This document shows positions 19,231 to 29,387 of a stretch of DNA of 57,487 nucleotides, in pieces. The notes beneath the pieces are model-generated. The model saw nothing but the letters and a program-made list of their open reading frames with translations, searched no databases and was not told where the DNA came from. Position 1 is the stretch's first letter. Every line of letters begins with the position of its first letter. The position numbers and the translations under genes were made by a program. This stretch comes from an uncultured Flavobacteriaceae bacterium (GTDB taxonomy: Bacteria > Bacteroidota > Bacteroidia > Flavobacteriales > Flavobacteriaceae): contig CBDUAY010000001.1 of NCBI GenBank assembly GCA_965365245.1, positions 1-57,487 of the forward strand. Reading direction: 5' to 3'.

Positions 19231-19797
19231 TCAGTCTTTCACGCGTTCCATATAACTTCCCTTCTCAGTATCGATCTTAATCTTGTCTCCTTCATTGATG
19301 AAAAGCGGAACATTGACCTGTGCACCCGTTTCAACCGTTGCTGGTTTCGTCGCATTAGTCGCGGTATTCCCCTTCACACCAGGCTCTGTATGGGTGACTT
19401 CAAGGTAAACGTGAGCAGGCATCTCCACCGAAAGCGGCAGTTCATCAGACGTTCTGATGATGATCGTGACGATTTCCCCTTCTTTCAACAGGTCGGGCGA
19501 GTCCAACGCCTCCTTTTGGAGTGATATCTGGTTATAGTCGTCGGTGTTCATGAAGTGATAGGTGTCTCCTTCCGGATAGAGGTATTGATACTTCCTTGTT
19601 TCCACCCTGACTTCTTCTATCTTATGGCCCGCCGAAAAAGTGTTGTCTATTACCTTGCCCGTGGTAAGGCTCTTGAGTTTCGTTCGCACAAAAGCAGGGC
19701 CTTTGCCTGGTTTAACGTGCAGAAATTCTACAATTTTATAGGTGTCGTTGTTATAAACGATGCACAAACCTTTCTTGATGTCTGATGTTGTTGCCAT
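19231..19797 (-). CDS. efp: Elongation factor P
   Basis: HVKPGKGPAFVRTKLK, PGVKGNTA, VPLFINEGD. Confidence 0.98.
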   Translation of the reverse strand: MATTSDIKKGLCIVYNNDTYKIVEFLHVKPGKGPAFVRTKLKSLTTGKVIDNTFSAGHKIEEVRVETRKYQYLYPEGDTYHFMNTDDYNQISLQKEALDSPDLLKEGEIVTIIIRTSDELPLSVEMPAHVYLEVTHTEPGVKGNTATNATKPATVETGAQVNVPLFINEGDKIKIDTEKGSYMERVKD

Positions 19798-19803
19798 TTT
19801 GAT

Positions 19804-20589
19804 CTAATAGTTACTTGTATACCCTTTCATGATCCCTCGCTGCGAATTGTTGATAAAAGTCAAAACTTCATCTCGTTCCGGACTTGCGTCGAGTTCAGCT
19901 TCCAGAATTCTCGAGGCCTGGGATACATTGTTGTTCTTTTGAAACAGGATTCTGTAAATGTTCTGAATCTCGTTGATCTTTTCCGATGTAAAACCTCTTC
20001 TGCGCAAACCTATGGAGTTGATCCCAATATAGGACAAAGGCTCTTTGGCAGCCTTTACGAATGGAGGCACATCCTTTCTCACCAGGGACCCACCTGATAT
20101 CATGGCGTGTTTCCCAATATGAATGAATTGATGAACCCCAGCAAGACCACCGATGATGGCATACTCCCCAATCTCGACATGTCCGGCGAGGGTAACACCG
20201 TTCACTATGATCACGTCGTTTCCGATAATGCAATCATGGGCAACATGGGCAGTTGCCATGATCAGGCAATTGTCCCCAATCACCGTTTTTCCGTAAGCAT
20301 TGGTGCCCCGGTTGATTGTCGCGCACTCCCTGATGGTCACATTGTCTCCAATTACGGCCAGAGAATCCTCCCCTTCGAATTTTAGATCCTGTGGAATCGC
20401 CGAAATGACGGCTCCCGGGAATATTCGACAATTCTTGCCGATTCTAGCTCCTTCCATAATCGTCACATTGGATCCAATCCACGTGCCTGACCCAATGGTC
20501 ACATTGTTGTGAATGGTCGTAAAAGGCTCAATCACAACATTGGTGGCGATCTTTGCGCCGGGATGTATATAGGCTAAGGGTTGATTCAT
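19804..20589 (-). CDS. lpxA: UDP-N-acetylglucosamine O-acyltransferase
   Basis: PQDLKF, IRECATINRGT, AHVAHDC, LAGHV, VHQF. Confidence 0.97.
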   Translation of the reverse strand: MNQPLAYIHPGAKIATNVVIEPFTTIHNNVTIGSGTWIGSNVTIMEGARIGKNCRIFPGAVISAIPQDLKFEGEDSLAVIGDNVTIRECATINRGTNAYGKTVIGDNCLIMATAHVAHDCIIGNDVIIVNGVTLAGHVEIGEYAIIGGLAGVHQFIHIGKHAMISGGSLVRKDVPPFVKAAKEPLSYIGINSIGLRRRGFTSEKINEIQNIYRILFQKNNNVSQASRILEAELDASPERDEVLTFINNSQRGIMKGYTSNY

Positions 20590-20617
20590 CTGTTCTTTTC
20601 TTCTTTAAATTGTTATA

Positions 20618-22009
20618 TCAGGATTTCTTCACGATCTGGGCCATGAGCTCAGCCTCAACGACAAGTCTGTTGTTGGCGTAGCCATAAGCCTGCATGTGAC
20701 AGATGCCCCTTCGAATCGGCATCATCAATTCAGCTTTGAAGATGAGGGTATCACCCGGCAAAACCTTCTGCTTGAACTTGACGTTGTTCATTTTCATGAA
20801 ATAAGTCAGGTAGTTTTCGGGATCCGGCACGGTACTTAGCACCAGAACGCCACCACATTGTGCCATCGCTTCGATCTGCAGCACTCCCGGCATTACTGGT
20901 GCCCCGGGAAAGTGCCCCACAAAAAAGGTCTCGTTCATCGTGACGTTTTTCATGCCGACCACATGGTTGTCGGAAAGTTCCAGGATCCGATCGACCAACA
21001 GGAAAGGTGGTCTGTGCGGCAGGAGCTTCATTATGTCATGGATGTCCATCAGAGGTGGCTGGCTCAGGTCGTACTGGGGAACCTTGTTTCGCTTTTCGAT
21101 CTTGATGAGCTTCATCATTTTACGGGCGAAATGCGTATTGATCTTATGACCCGGTTTTGTCGCGATGACCTTTCCCCGAATCTTCGTGCCGATCAGCGCC
21201 AAATCCCCGATAACGTCCAAGAGCTTGTGACGCGCCGCTTCATTGGCCCAATGCAAGGTTAGATTATCCAGAATCCCATTCGGCTTTACCGTTACTTTGT
21301 CTTTTTTAAAGGCCTTGCTCAATTTTTGCATCGTCTCATCCGACAAAGGTTTGTCGACGTAGACGATGGCGTTGTTCAAGTCTCCTCCTTTGATGAGATC
21401 GTTGTCGAGAAGCATTTCTATCTCGTGCAGAAAGCTGAAGGTCCTTGCATCTGCAATTTCCTCCTTGAAATCTTCAATGCGTTCGAGGGTAGCGTTCTGA
21501 GTGCCGAGAATCTTAGTTCCAAAATCAACCATAGTCGTGACTTCGTACTTGTCCGAAGGCATGATCATGATCTCACTTCCGGTCTCCTCATCCTTGTATG
21601 AAATGATGTCTTTTACCTCGTATATGTCCCGCTCGGCATCCTGTTCTTCAATTCCTGCCTTTTCAAGGGCTTCAACAAAGAATTTGGAAGATCCGTCCAT
21701 GATTGGAGGCTCCGGGGCGTCAATCTCAATGATGACATTGTCGAGGTCCAACCCTACCAGGGCCGCCAGCACATGCTCTGAAGTATTGATGACCACGCCA
21801 TTTTTCTCGATGTTGGTGCCTCTTTGCGTGTCTGTTACATAACATGCAAGCGCCTCAATTGCAGGCTGCCCTTCTAGATCCGTGCGAACAAAGGTGAATC
21901 CAGAGTTAACCGGTGCCGGTTTGAAGGTCATGGAGACCTTGTTGCCCGTGTGCAACCCAATGCCCTCCAAGGATATCTCCTTACTGATGGTTTTCTGGTT
22001 AACAGTCAT
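20618..22009 (-). CDS. lpxC: Bifunctional LpxC deacetylase / FabZ dehydratase
   Basis: GIGLHTG, EHVLAA, HKLLD (LpxC) followed by LPHRPPFLLVD, FFVGHFP, MPGVLQIEAMAQ (FabZ); ATG at 22009 preferred over the longer ORF-track start. Confidence 0.96.
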   Translation of the reverse strand: MTVNQKTISKEISLEGIGLHTGNKVSMTFKPAPVNSGFTFVRTDLEGQPAIEALACYVTDTQRGTNIEKNGVVINTSEHVLAALVGLDLDNVIIEIDAPEPPIMDGSSKFFVEALEKAGIEEQDAERDIYEVKDIISYKDEETGSEIMIMPSDKYEVTTMVDFGTKILGTQNATLERIEDFKEEIADARTFSFLHEIEMLLDNDLIKGGDLNNAIVYVDKPLSDETMQKLSKAFKKDKVTVKPNGILDNLTLHWANEAARHKLLDVIGDLALIGTKIRGKVIATKPGHKINTHFARKMMKLIKIEKRNKVPQYDLSQPPLMDIHDIMKLLPHRPPFLLVDRILELSDNHVVGMKNVTMNETFFVGHFPGAPVMPGVLQIEAMAQCGGVLVLSTVPDPENYLTYFMKMNNVKFKQKVLPGDTLIFKAELMMPIRRGICHMQAYGYANNRLVVEAELMAQIVKKS

Positions 22010-22016
22010 GAAATGA

Positions 22017-23045
22017 TTATTTTTTAGTTTCAAGTTTTTTGTCAAGGTCGTCCAGTCTTGAGGAGATCTTTGGCAAATTCTTGAAGTGAACGTATGATTT
22101 ATTGAAATCGTGATAAGGTATCGCCGGGCTTCCCTGAACGGTTTCATTGTCCGGAATTGACTTGCCTATACCGGATTGTGCCTGGATCTGGACGTTGTCC
22201 CCAATGGTAATGTGTCCAACAATTCCAACCTGGCCGCCAATTTTGCAATTGTTACCTATTTTGGTGGATCCGGCAACTCCCGTTTGGGCAGCGATCACAG
22301 TATGCTTTCCGATTTCCACATTGTGTGCAATGTGAATCTGATTGTCGAGCTTCACACCTTTTCTGATGATGGTCGAACCTAAAGTAGCGCGGTCAATTGT
22401 AGTGCCTGCCCCGATGTCAACATTGTTTTCAATGATCACATTTCCCGTTTGGGGTATTTTGTGATAATCTCCATTTTTGTTCGGAGCAAACCCAAACCCG
22501 TCACAACCGATTACAGTTCCGGCATGTATCGTGCAATTATTTCCAATCTCAGATTCAGAGTAGATTTTTGATCCAGCAAAAATAGTTGTGTTATCACCAA
22601 TTATCACATTCTCCCCGATAAACACATTGGGGTAGATCTTGACATTGTTGCCTATTTTGACATTCGCGCTTAAATAACTGAAAGCCCCGAGATAGAGATC
22701 TGAACCATACTCTACTGTTTTGTGCATGTAATGGGGTGACTCGAGACCCGATTTGTGAAGCTTGATCTGATTGTAGTACTCCAAAACCTTGGTAAATGCC
22801 AGGTAGGGATCGTCGACCTTGATCAGCGTGCTGCTCACCTCCCTGTCTGGAACAAAGTCCTCTTTGACAATTACCACCGAGGCATCCGTCGAATATAACC
22901 ATGAAGTGTATTTTGGATTCGACAAAAAAGTAAGCGAACCCTTGTCCCCTTCTTCAATTTTTGACAGCTTATGGACCTCCTCTTCAGGGTTTCCGATTAC
23001 AGTGCCATTGAGAATTTCAGAGATTTGTTTAGCCGTGAATTTCAA
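22017..23045 (-). CDS. lpxD: UDP-3-O-acylglucosamine N-acyltransferase
   Basis: LTFLSNPKY, DGFGFA, TIDRATLG, KLDNQIHIAHN; TTG start at 23045 follows a -7 box TATTTTTG. Confidence 0.95.
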   Translation of the reverse strand: MKFTAKQISEILNGTVIGNPEEEVHKLSKIEEGDKGSLTFLSNPKYTSWLYSTDASVVIVKEDFVPDREVSSTLIKVDDPYLAFTKVLEYYNQIKLHKSGLESPHYMHKTVEYGSDLYLGAFSYLSANVKIGNNVKIYPNVFIGENVIIGDNTTIFAGSKIYSESEIGNNCTIHAGTVIGCDGFGFAPNKNGDYHKIPQTGNVIIENNVDIGAGTTIDRATLGSTIIRKGVKLDNQIHIAHNVEIGKHTVIAAQTGVAGSTKIGNNCKIGGQVGIVGHITIGDNVQIQAQSGIGKSIPDNETVQGSPAIPYHDFNKSYVHFKNLPKISSRLDDLDKKLETKK

Positions 23046-23112
23046 AAGATAATTATTATTCCGTTTTCTTCGGGTGTTTGCAAAAATACAAAAATTGGTC
23101 AATCCTGATCAT

Positions 23113-24333
23113 TTATGTGCGCTTCTTTGGATAGCAAAGAAAATAACGCGTAGTTTTCTGATCTAAACCGGCAATTCCCGCATAGCCCGAAGCATCTTTG
23201 ATGTCAATCGTTTCTCCAGATTTAAGGGCGATTCGGATACCCATGGGTTCTGTTTTGTAGACCAGGTTGCTGACCTCTCCAGAATAGACCAGGTAGTCCA
23301 GTTCTGAATCTCCTATGCTGAATCGAACTCCAATTTTCTCGCGGATTTCCTCAATCTTGTTTAGATCGAAAGGTTTGTCTGACATGACAACCTTCGGAAG
23401 CCTCCGATTCACAATGGATCTTGACAAGTAAGACAATATGAAGTCTTCATGTTCACACCAGGCCTTCATCCCGTGAATCAGATCTGTATCATCCAGTCTT
23501 GCGTACGCCTCCAGAATCGTCTTGTCAAATGACTCAGCATTCACCTCATTCTCCAGGAATACACTTAGCACAGGCGTCATTGGCACCTCTTTCCCGGCAA
23601 GAACAAGCTCTCTGGACCTCTTGAGGATCTTGACCAGGATATTTTCGGCGGCTAGCCCTGTTTTGTGCAGGTACACCTGCCAGTACATGAATCGCCTGGC
23701 CATAATGAACTTTTCGACCGAATAGATTCCTTTGTGTTCGATGGCCAGTTGGTCATTTCTAACGCAAAGCATGGAAATGAGTCTTTCCGCATTTAGGTTT
23801 CCCTCAGCCACGCCGCTGTAGAAACTGTCTCTTTTCAGATAATCAAGTCGGTCCATGTCCAGTTGACTTGAAATCAGCTGGTTCATGAACTGCCTTGGAT
23901 ACTCCCCCTTGAACATCGAAATTGCCATCTCCAACCGGTTGTCAAACTCTTTGTTGAGTGATTCCATGAACTTCAGAGAGAGGTCCTCGTGGCCCATTCC
24001 CTGAGCAAAGCATCCTTCAAGTGCATGTGAGAAAGGCCCATGCCCCAGGTCATGCATCAAAATAGCAAGAAGAAGGGCCTCCTCCTCTTCTGCACTGATA
24101 TCGATTTCCTTGAGCCGCAAAGTATCAATGGCCCTCTGCATCAAAAATGTACAACCAATCACGTGATGGAAGCGGGTGTGATGGGCTCCGGGATAGACCA
24201 GGTAAGACAGGCCCATTTGGGAAATCCGCCTCAGGCGCTGGAAATAAGGATGTTCAATGACCTGAAAAACCAAGGGGTTTTTTATCGTTATAAACCCATA
24301 AATCGGGTCATTAAATAATTTGAGTTTTTTCAA
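23113..24333 (-). CDS. HD-domain phosphohydrolase (SAMHD1/dNTPase-like)
   Basis: DPIYG, FQRLRRISQMG, HTRFHH, HDLGHGPFSH, DMDRLDY; TTG start estimated. Confidence 0.9.
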   Translation of the reverse strand: MKKLKLFNDPIYGFITIKNPLVFQVIEHPYFQRLRRISQMGLSYLVYPGAHHTRFHHVIGCTFLMQRAIDTLRLKEIDISAEEEEALLLAILMHDLGHGPFSHALEGCFAQGMGHEDLSLKFMESLNKEFDNRLEMAISMFKGEYPRQFMNQLISSQLDMDRLDYLKRDSFYSGVAEGNLNAERLISMLCVRNDQLAIEHKGIYSVEKFIMARRFMYWQVYLHKTGLAAENILVKILKRSRELVLAGKEVPMTPVLSVFLENEVNAESFDKTILEAYARLDDTDLIHGMKAWCEHEDFILSYLSRSIVNRRLPKVVMSDKPFDLNKIEEIREKIGVRFSIGDSELDYLVYSGEVSNLVYKTEPMGIRIALKSGETIDIKDASGYAGIAGLDQKTTRYFLCYPKKRT

Positions 24334-24444
24334 AATTTTCAGCTTGTTTTTTGTACTTTTCCGAATAAATTCCTTCCTTGCGTGTCTGGGCAACAGAACA
24401 AAAATAAAGGTTTCATTTAACTAATTTGGTATAATTGATTTAGA

Positions 24445-25992
24445 ATGAGTTCAGGTAAAATACTATGGGTTGACGATGAAATTCAACTTCTCAAACCTCA
24501 CATGCTTTTTTTGGAAAAGAAAAATTATGAGGTGGTTCCCTGTACCAATGGCGCCGACGCGGTTGAAAGTGTGAACGAGGAGCAGTTTGATATTGTCTTT
24601 CTCGATGAGAACATGCCTGGCCTTTCGGGCCTTGAAACCTTATCGCAAATCAAGGAAAAGCATCCGAACCTTCCCGTGATCATGATCACGAAGAGTGAGG
24701 AAGAGTATATCATGGAAGAGGCGATCGGCTCCAAAATTGCCGATTATCTGATCAAGCCAGTGAATCCGAATCAAATTCTATTGAGTCTGAAGAAGAACCT
24801 GGACATCGGACGACTGGTATCCGAAAAGACTACCTCGAACTACCAGCAGGAATTCAGAAAGATTTCCCTGGACCTTGCCATGGTCAACACCTATCAGGAC
24901 TGGATCGACCTCTATAAGAAACTCGTGCATTGGGAAATACAGCTCGAGTCCATTTCGGATCCGGGGATGACCGAAATACTGGAAAGCCAGAAGGAGGAGG
25001 CCAATTCTCAGTTTTACAAATTCATCAAAAAGAATTACAGGGACTGGTTTCACGGCAGCGACGCTCCCGTGCTTTCCCATACCTTGTTCAAGGAGGTAAT
25101 CGCCCCTAAATTGAAAAAGGACAAAGGCACTCTTCTAATTGTGATAGACAATCTTCGCTATGATCAGCTCAGGGTATTGGAGCCTGTCATCAATGAGTAT
25201 TACAAGCCGACAGAGGAAATTGCTTATTACAGCATCCTTCCCTCTGCAACCCAATACGCCAGAAATGCCCTATTCTCGGGCCTGACTCCTCTGGAAATGG
25301 AGAAGAAGTACCCTCAGTATTGGAAGAACGATACAGACGAAGGAGGCAAAAACTTGCATGAAGGGGAGTTTCTATCGGAGAACCTGAAAAGACTGGGCAT
25401 GAACATCTCCCATGAATATTACAAGATCACTGCGGTGAGTCAGGGAAAGGATCTGGCTTCGAACCTGGCAAAAATCAAGGATAATGACCTTACTGTGGTG
25501 GTTTATAATTTCGTCGACATGCTGTCTCATTCGCGTACAGAGATGGACATGATCAAGGAGCTGGCGAGCGACGATAAGGCCTACCGGTCTTTGACCCTGA
25601 GTTGGTTTAGAAACTCGCCTTTGCTCGAGATCATTCAGAATGCTCAGAAAATGGGGTTGAACCTTATAATCACTACCGATCACGGCACGATCAATACCTC
25701 GAGGCCCTCCAAGGTGGTCGGTGACAAGAATATCAGCTCGAACCTTCGCTATAAAACAGGGAAAAGCTTGAGCTACAACGAGAAGGAGGTCTACGAGGTC
25801 AAAGACCCTAAAGACATATTCCTTCCATCCCTGCATTTGAGCAGTTCGTTCATTTTTGCAAAAGAAGACTTCTTCTTTGCCTATCCCAACAACTTCAATC
25901 ATTACGTCAAGTATTATAAAAACACTTATCAGCACGGCGGCATCTCTCTTGAAGAGATGATCATCCCTTGCATAAGCTACGAAGCCAAGTAA
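24445..25992 (+). CDS. porX: PorX response regulator (REC + PglZ alkaline-phosphatase-like domain)
   Basis: LWVDDE, LDENMPG, YLIKP receiver; IDNLRYDQ, SATQYARN, TTDHG, YQHGG. Confidence 0.92.
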   Translation: MSSGKILWVDDEIQLLKPHMLFLEKKNYEVVPCTNGADAVESVNEEQFDIVFLDENMPGLSGLETLSQIKEKHPNLPVIMITKSEEEYIMEEAIGSKIADYLIKPVNPNQILLSLKKNLDIGRLVSEKTTSNYQQEFRKISLDLAMVNTYQDWIDLYKKLVHWEIQLESISDPGMTEILESQKEEANSQFYKFIKKNYRDWFHGSDAPVLSHTLFKEVIAPKLKKDKGTLLIVIDNLRYDQLRVLEPVINEYYKPTEEIAYYSILPSATQYARNALFSGLTPLEMEKKYPQYWKNDTDEGGKNLHEGEFLSENLKRLGMNISHEYYKITAVSQGKDLASNLAKIKDNDLTVVVYNFVDMLSHSRTEMDMIKELASDDKAYRSLTLSWFRNSPLLEIIQNAQKMGLNLIITTDHGTINTSRPSKVVGDKNISSNLRYKTGKSLSYNEKEVYEVKDPKDIFLPSLHLSSSFIFAKEDFFFAYPNNFNHYVKYYKNTYQHGGISLEEMIIPCISYEAK

Positions 25993-26092
25993 AGTTTGGA
26001 TGTCTTTTTTTTGACCTTTTGATAAGGCAATTGTCAAAGAATTTTATCAATTTTGCATGAGAGACAAGAACTCTCCCCTAAATCCAGAATTG

Positions 26093-27151
26093 ATGAAAAA
26101 ACACAATTTCAGTGCAGGTCCCTGCATCCTTCCACAAAGCGTATTGAAACAGGCTTCAGAAGCTGTTGAAAACTTCAACGGCCTGGACCTTTCGCTAATT
26201 GAAATCTCACATCGAAGCGCCGATTTTGTCGCAGTCATGGAAAAGGCCAGGAAGCTGGTTCTCGAGCTGATGAACCTGGAAGGAAAAGGGTATTCCGTTC
26301 TGTTTCTTCAGGGAGGAGCAAGTCTTGAGTTTTTGATGGTTCCCTACAACCTGATGTCAATTGGCGGAAAAGCTGCCTATCTGGACACCGGTACCTGGAG
26401 CAGCAAAGCCATTAAAGAGGCCAGCTTGCTGGGTGAAGTTGAAATCATGGCGAGTTCCAAGGATGCCAACTACTCTTACATTCCAAAGGGGTATGATGTC
26501 CCGGCTGGTGTAGACTATGTGCACTGCACGAGTAACAATACGATTTTCGGGACCCAGATGAAGGAGTTTCCCAAAACAGAGGCTCCCCTGGTTTGTGACA
26601 TGAGCTCCGACATTTTTTCGAGAGAGCTCGATTTTAGCCGGTTTGATCTCATCTACGCGGGCGCTCAGAAAAACATGGGCCCTGCCGGAACGACTCTTGT
26701 AGTGGTCAAAGACGAGATTTTGGGCAAAACCGGGCGCAAGATCCCATCCATGCTCGATTACAAGGTGCACATATCAAAAGACAGCATGTACAATACCCCA
26801 TCGGTTTTTGCTGTTTACGTTTCCATGCTCACTCTTGACTGGTTGAAGTCCCTTGGAGGAATTAAGGAGATAGAGAGAAGAAATGTGGAAAAGGCACAGC
26901 TGCTCTATAATGAGATAGACAGAAATCCACTCTTCAGAGGTGCTGCTGCAACAGAAGACAGGTCAGATATGAACGTAACATTTTTGCTAACCGATGATTC
27001 CAGGAAACAGGAATTTGACGCTTTGTGCAAAGCCAAAGGAATCAACGGCATAAATGGTCACAGGTCAGTAGGCGGTTACAGGGCAAGCATTTACAATGCA
27101 ATGCCGATTGAAAGTGTGGCAGTATTGGTAGACATAATGAAATCATTATAA
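26093..27151 (+). CDS. serC: Phosphoserine aminotransferase
   Basis: HNFSAGP, CDMSS, YAGAQKNMGP, GHRSVGGYRASIYN. Confidence 0.97.
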   Translation: MKKHNFSAGPCILPQSVLKQASEAVENFNGLDLSLIEISHRSADFVAVMEKARKLVLELMNLEGKGYSVLFLQGGASLEFLMVPYNLMSIGGKAAYLDTGTWSSKAIKEASLLGEVEIMASSKDANYSYIPKGYDVPAGVDYVHCTSNNTIFGTQMKEFPKTEAPLVCDMSSDIFSRELDFSRFDLIYAGAQKNMGPAGTTLVVVKDEILGKTGRKIPSMLDYKVHISKDSMYNTPSVFAVYVSMLTLDWLKSLGGIKEIERRNVEKAQLLYNEIDRNPLFRGAAATEDRSDMNVTFLLTDDSRKQEFDALCKAKGINGINGHRSVGGYRASIYNAMPIESVAVLVDIMKSL

Positions 27152-27170
27152 AATTTTAGATCTTAACAGG

Positions 27171-28121
27171 ATGAAAGTATTGGCAAATGACGGAATTGCA
27201 ACTTCCGGTATCGTAGCGCTTGAAAAAGCAGGGTATGAAGTTTTATTGAATACGGTGGCACAGGAGCAACTGGCAAGTTATATAAACGACAACCAGATAG
27301 ATGTTCTGCTCGTCAGAAGCGCTACCAAAGTGAGAAAGGACCTTATCGATGCCTGCCCCGGCTTGAAAATCATCGGCCGCGGGGGCGTGGGAATGGACAA
27401 CATCGACGTGGAATACGCAAAAGGCAAAGGAATCAAAGTGATCAATACGCCCGCCGCCTCTTCCCATTCAGTGGCTGAACTGGTCTTTGCACATTTGTTC
27501 GGCATGGTGAGGTTTCTTCACGATTCCAATCAAAATATGCCCCTGGAAGGAGATTCTAAATTCAAGGAACTGAAAAAAGCCTACGCTAAGGGCGTTGAGC
27601 TCAAAGGTAAAACTCTGGGAATTTTGGGCTTTGGCAGAATCGGGCAGGCAACGGCAAAAGTAGGACTGGGAGTTGGCATGCGAGTCGTGGCTTTTGATCC
27701 TTTTATCGACAGTGCCCACATTAAAATCGATTTCTTCGACGGGCAGGAAGTGAATTTCACCATTGACACAATTTCGAAAGAGGCCGTCCTTGAACAAGCC
27801 GATTTCATTTCTCTTCATGTCCCCGCTCAGGATGATTACGTGATCAGCACGAAAGAGTTCGAAATCATGAAAGACGGAGTGGGCATCGTGAACGCAGCTC
27901 GTGGAGGGGTAATTGATGAAAAAGCCCTTATCGAGGCCATTGAGTCGGGCAAAGTGTCAAACGCGGCATTGGATGTGTTCGAAAACGAGCCGAATCCCGA
28001 GATCAAATTGTTGATGAACCCGAAAATCTCGCTGACACCTCATATTGGAGCAGCTACCCAGGAAGCTCAAACCCGAATCGGAGAAGAACTGGCCGAGCAG
28101 ATCATCAAAATTCTCAACTGA
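27171..28121 (+). CDS. serA: D-3-phosphoglycerate dehydrogenase (short type)
   Basis: RGGVGMDNID, GFGRIG, NAARGG, LDVFENEP, TPHIGAAT; next to serC. Confidence 0.88.
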   Translation: MKVLANDGIATSGIVALEKAGYEVLLNTVAQEQLASYINDNQIDVLLVRSATKVRKDLIDACPGLKIIGRGGVGMDNIDVEYAKGKGIKVINTPAASSHSVAELVFAHLFGMVRFLHDSNQNMPLEGDSKFKELKKAYAKGVELKGKTLGILGFGRIGQATAKVGLGVGMRVVAFDPFIDSAHIKIDFFDGQEVNFTIDTISKEAVLEQADFISLHVPAQDDYVISTKEFEIMKDGVGIVNAARGGVIDEKALIEAIESGKVSNAALDVFENEPNPEIKLLMNPKISLTPHIGAATQEAQTRIGEELAEQIIKILN

Positions 28122-28127
28122 TGCTTG

Positions 28128-29366
28128 ATGGCGACGGTCAATCCCTTTAGAGCGGTTCGGCCGACCCGTGACAAGGTTTCTCTTGTTACAACCAGGTCGT
28201 ATGAACTTTACAGAAAGAAAGAGAGAAACTGCATTCTCGAGTACAACCCTTACTCCTTTTTGCACGTCCTGCGCCCAGGATTCAAATACCATAAGCGCGT
28301 TACCGGAAAAGAGCGATTCAGAATGGTGCACAACCGCTATGAGGAATTCCTGGAAAACGGGGTTTTGCGTCAGGATGACAAGCCCGCTTTTTATTTGCAC
28401 CAGAAGGAGTATTTGAATGTGAGATTTTGGGGCATTATCGGACTGGCTTCTCTGGATGACTACGAAAACAACATCATTAAGAAACACGAGAAAACGATTC
28501 GGGACCGGGAAGAATTATTTGGTGAATACCTGGAGATCACGGGTTTTAATGCAGAGCCGGTGCTTATCACTCATAAGGATGACTCCCATCTGCAATCGGT
28601 TTATGACAAATACAGCCAGCAACGTCCCGAATACGAGTTTACCACAAACAAGGAAAGAACCCACAAGCTTTGGTTGATTCGGGAGCAAAAGGAAATCGAG
28701 GAGATTTCCAGGGCATTCAGCGGTATGGAGTCGCTCTACATCGCCGACGGTCATCACAGGACGGCGTCTTCTCTTTATCTTAGAAACAAGAAACAACAAA
28801 ATTTCGATGGAGATGAGACTGGTAACGCATGCGCGAATTTCATGGCCTATTTCATACCGGAATCCCAATTGAGAATTTCTCCCTTTTATCGCTTTATTCG
28901 CAATTTGGGCGAGATGGACAAGGAGACTTTTCTGATCCGGTTGGATCAGTATTTCCGGATTAAGAACTTGGGAAATCAATATTATCGACCTTCCAGGAAA
29001 CATCATTTTTCAATGTACCTCGATGGAGAATACTATAAACTCTACCTCCGAAAATCTGCATTCCAGCCAGAATCGGTTCTTGATGATCTAGATCCCCAGG
29101 TTCTATACAATACAGTTTTGCACCCCATATTGGGAATTGATGATCCAAGGGGTGATAAAAATTTGTTTTATCTTCCCGAGAGCGGCAATGAAATGCAGCT
29201 TAAAAACCTTGTGGATTCGGGAGATTACCAGGTTGGATTTGCAACCTATCCTGTTTCGGTGGAACAGATGAAAAGTGTTGCAGATCAAGGCCTGATTATG
29301 CCTCCGAAAAGCACTTATGTGGAGCCTAAATTGAGAAGCGCACTCACTATTTTTGAATTAAAGTAA
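28128..29366 (+). CDS. DUF1015-family protein
   Basis: PFRAVRP, IKKHEKT, YIADGHHRTA, MPPKSTYVEPK; usual neighbour of serC-serA. Confidence 0.9.
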   Translation: MATVNPFRAVRPTRDKVSLVTTRSYELYRKKERNCILEYNPYSFLHVLRPGFKYHKRVTGKERFRMVHNRYEEFLENGVLRQDDKPAFYLHQKEYLNVRFWGIIGLASLDDYENNIIKKHEKTIRDREELFGEYLEITGFNAEPVLITHKDDSHLQSVYDKYSQQRPEYEFTTNKERTHKLWLIREQKEIEEISRAFSGMESLYIADGHHRTASSLYLRNKKQQNFDGDETGNACANFMAYFIPESQLRISPFYRFIRNLGEMDKETFLIRLDQYFRIKNLGNQYYRPSRKHHFSMYLDGEYYKLYLRKSAFQPESVLDDLDPQVLYNTVLHPILGIDDPRGDKNLFYLPESGNEMQLKNLVDSGDYQVGFATYPVSVEQMKSVADQGLIMPPKSTYVEPKLRSALTIFELK

Positions 29367-29387
29367 TTATTTAACCCAACCTCTTAA

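Noticed and set aside
22010-22147. N-terminal extension of lpxC/fabZ in the ORF track
   Set aside because: Overlaps lpxD in another frame; family similarity starts at MTVNQKT (22009).
23113-25992. BREX (PglZ) or dNTPase anti-phage system
   Set aside because: The PglZ domain is fused to a receiver domain, i.e. PorX, and the HD gene-porX-lpxD order is core Bacteroidota synteny; no other brx genes.
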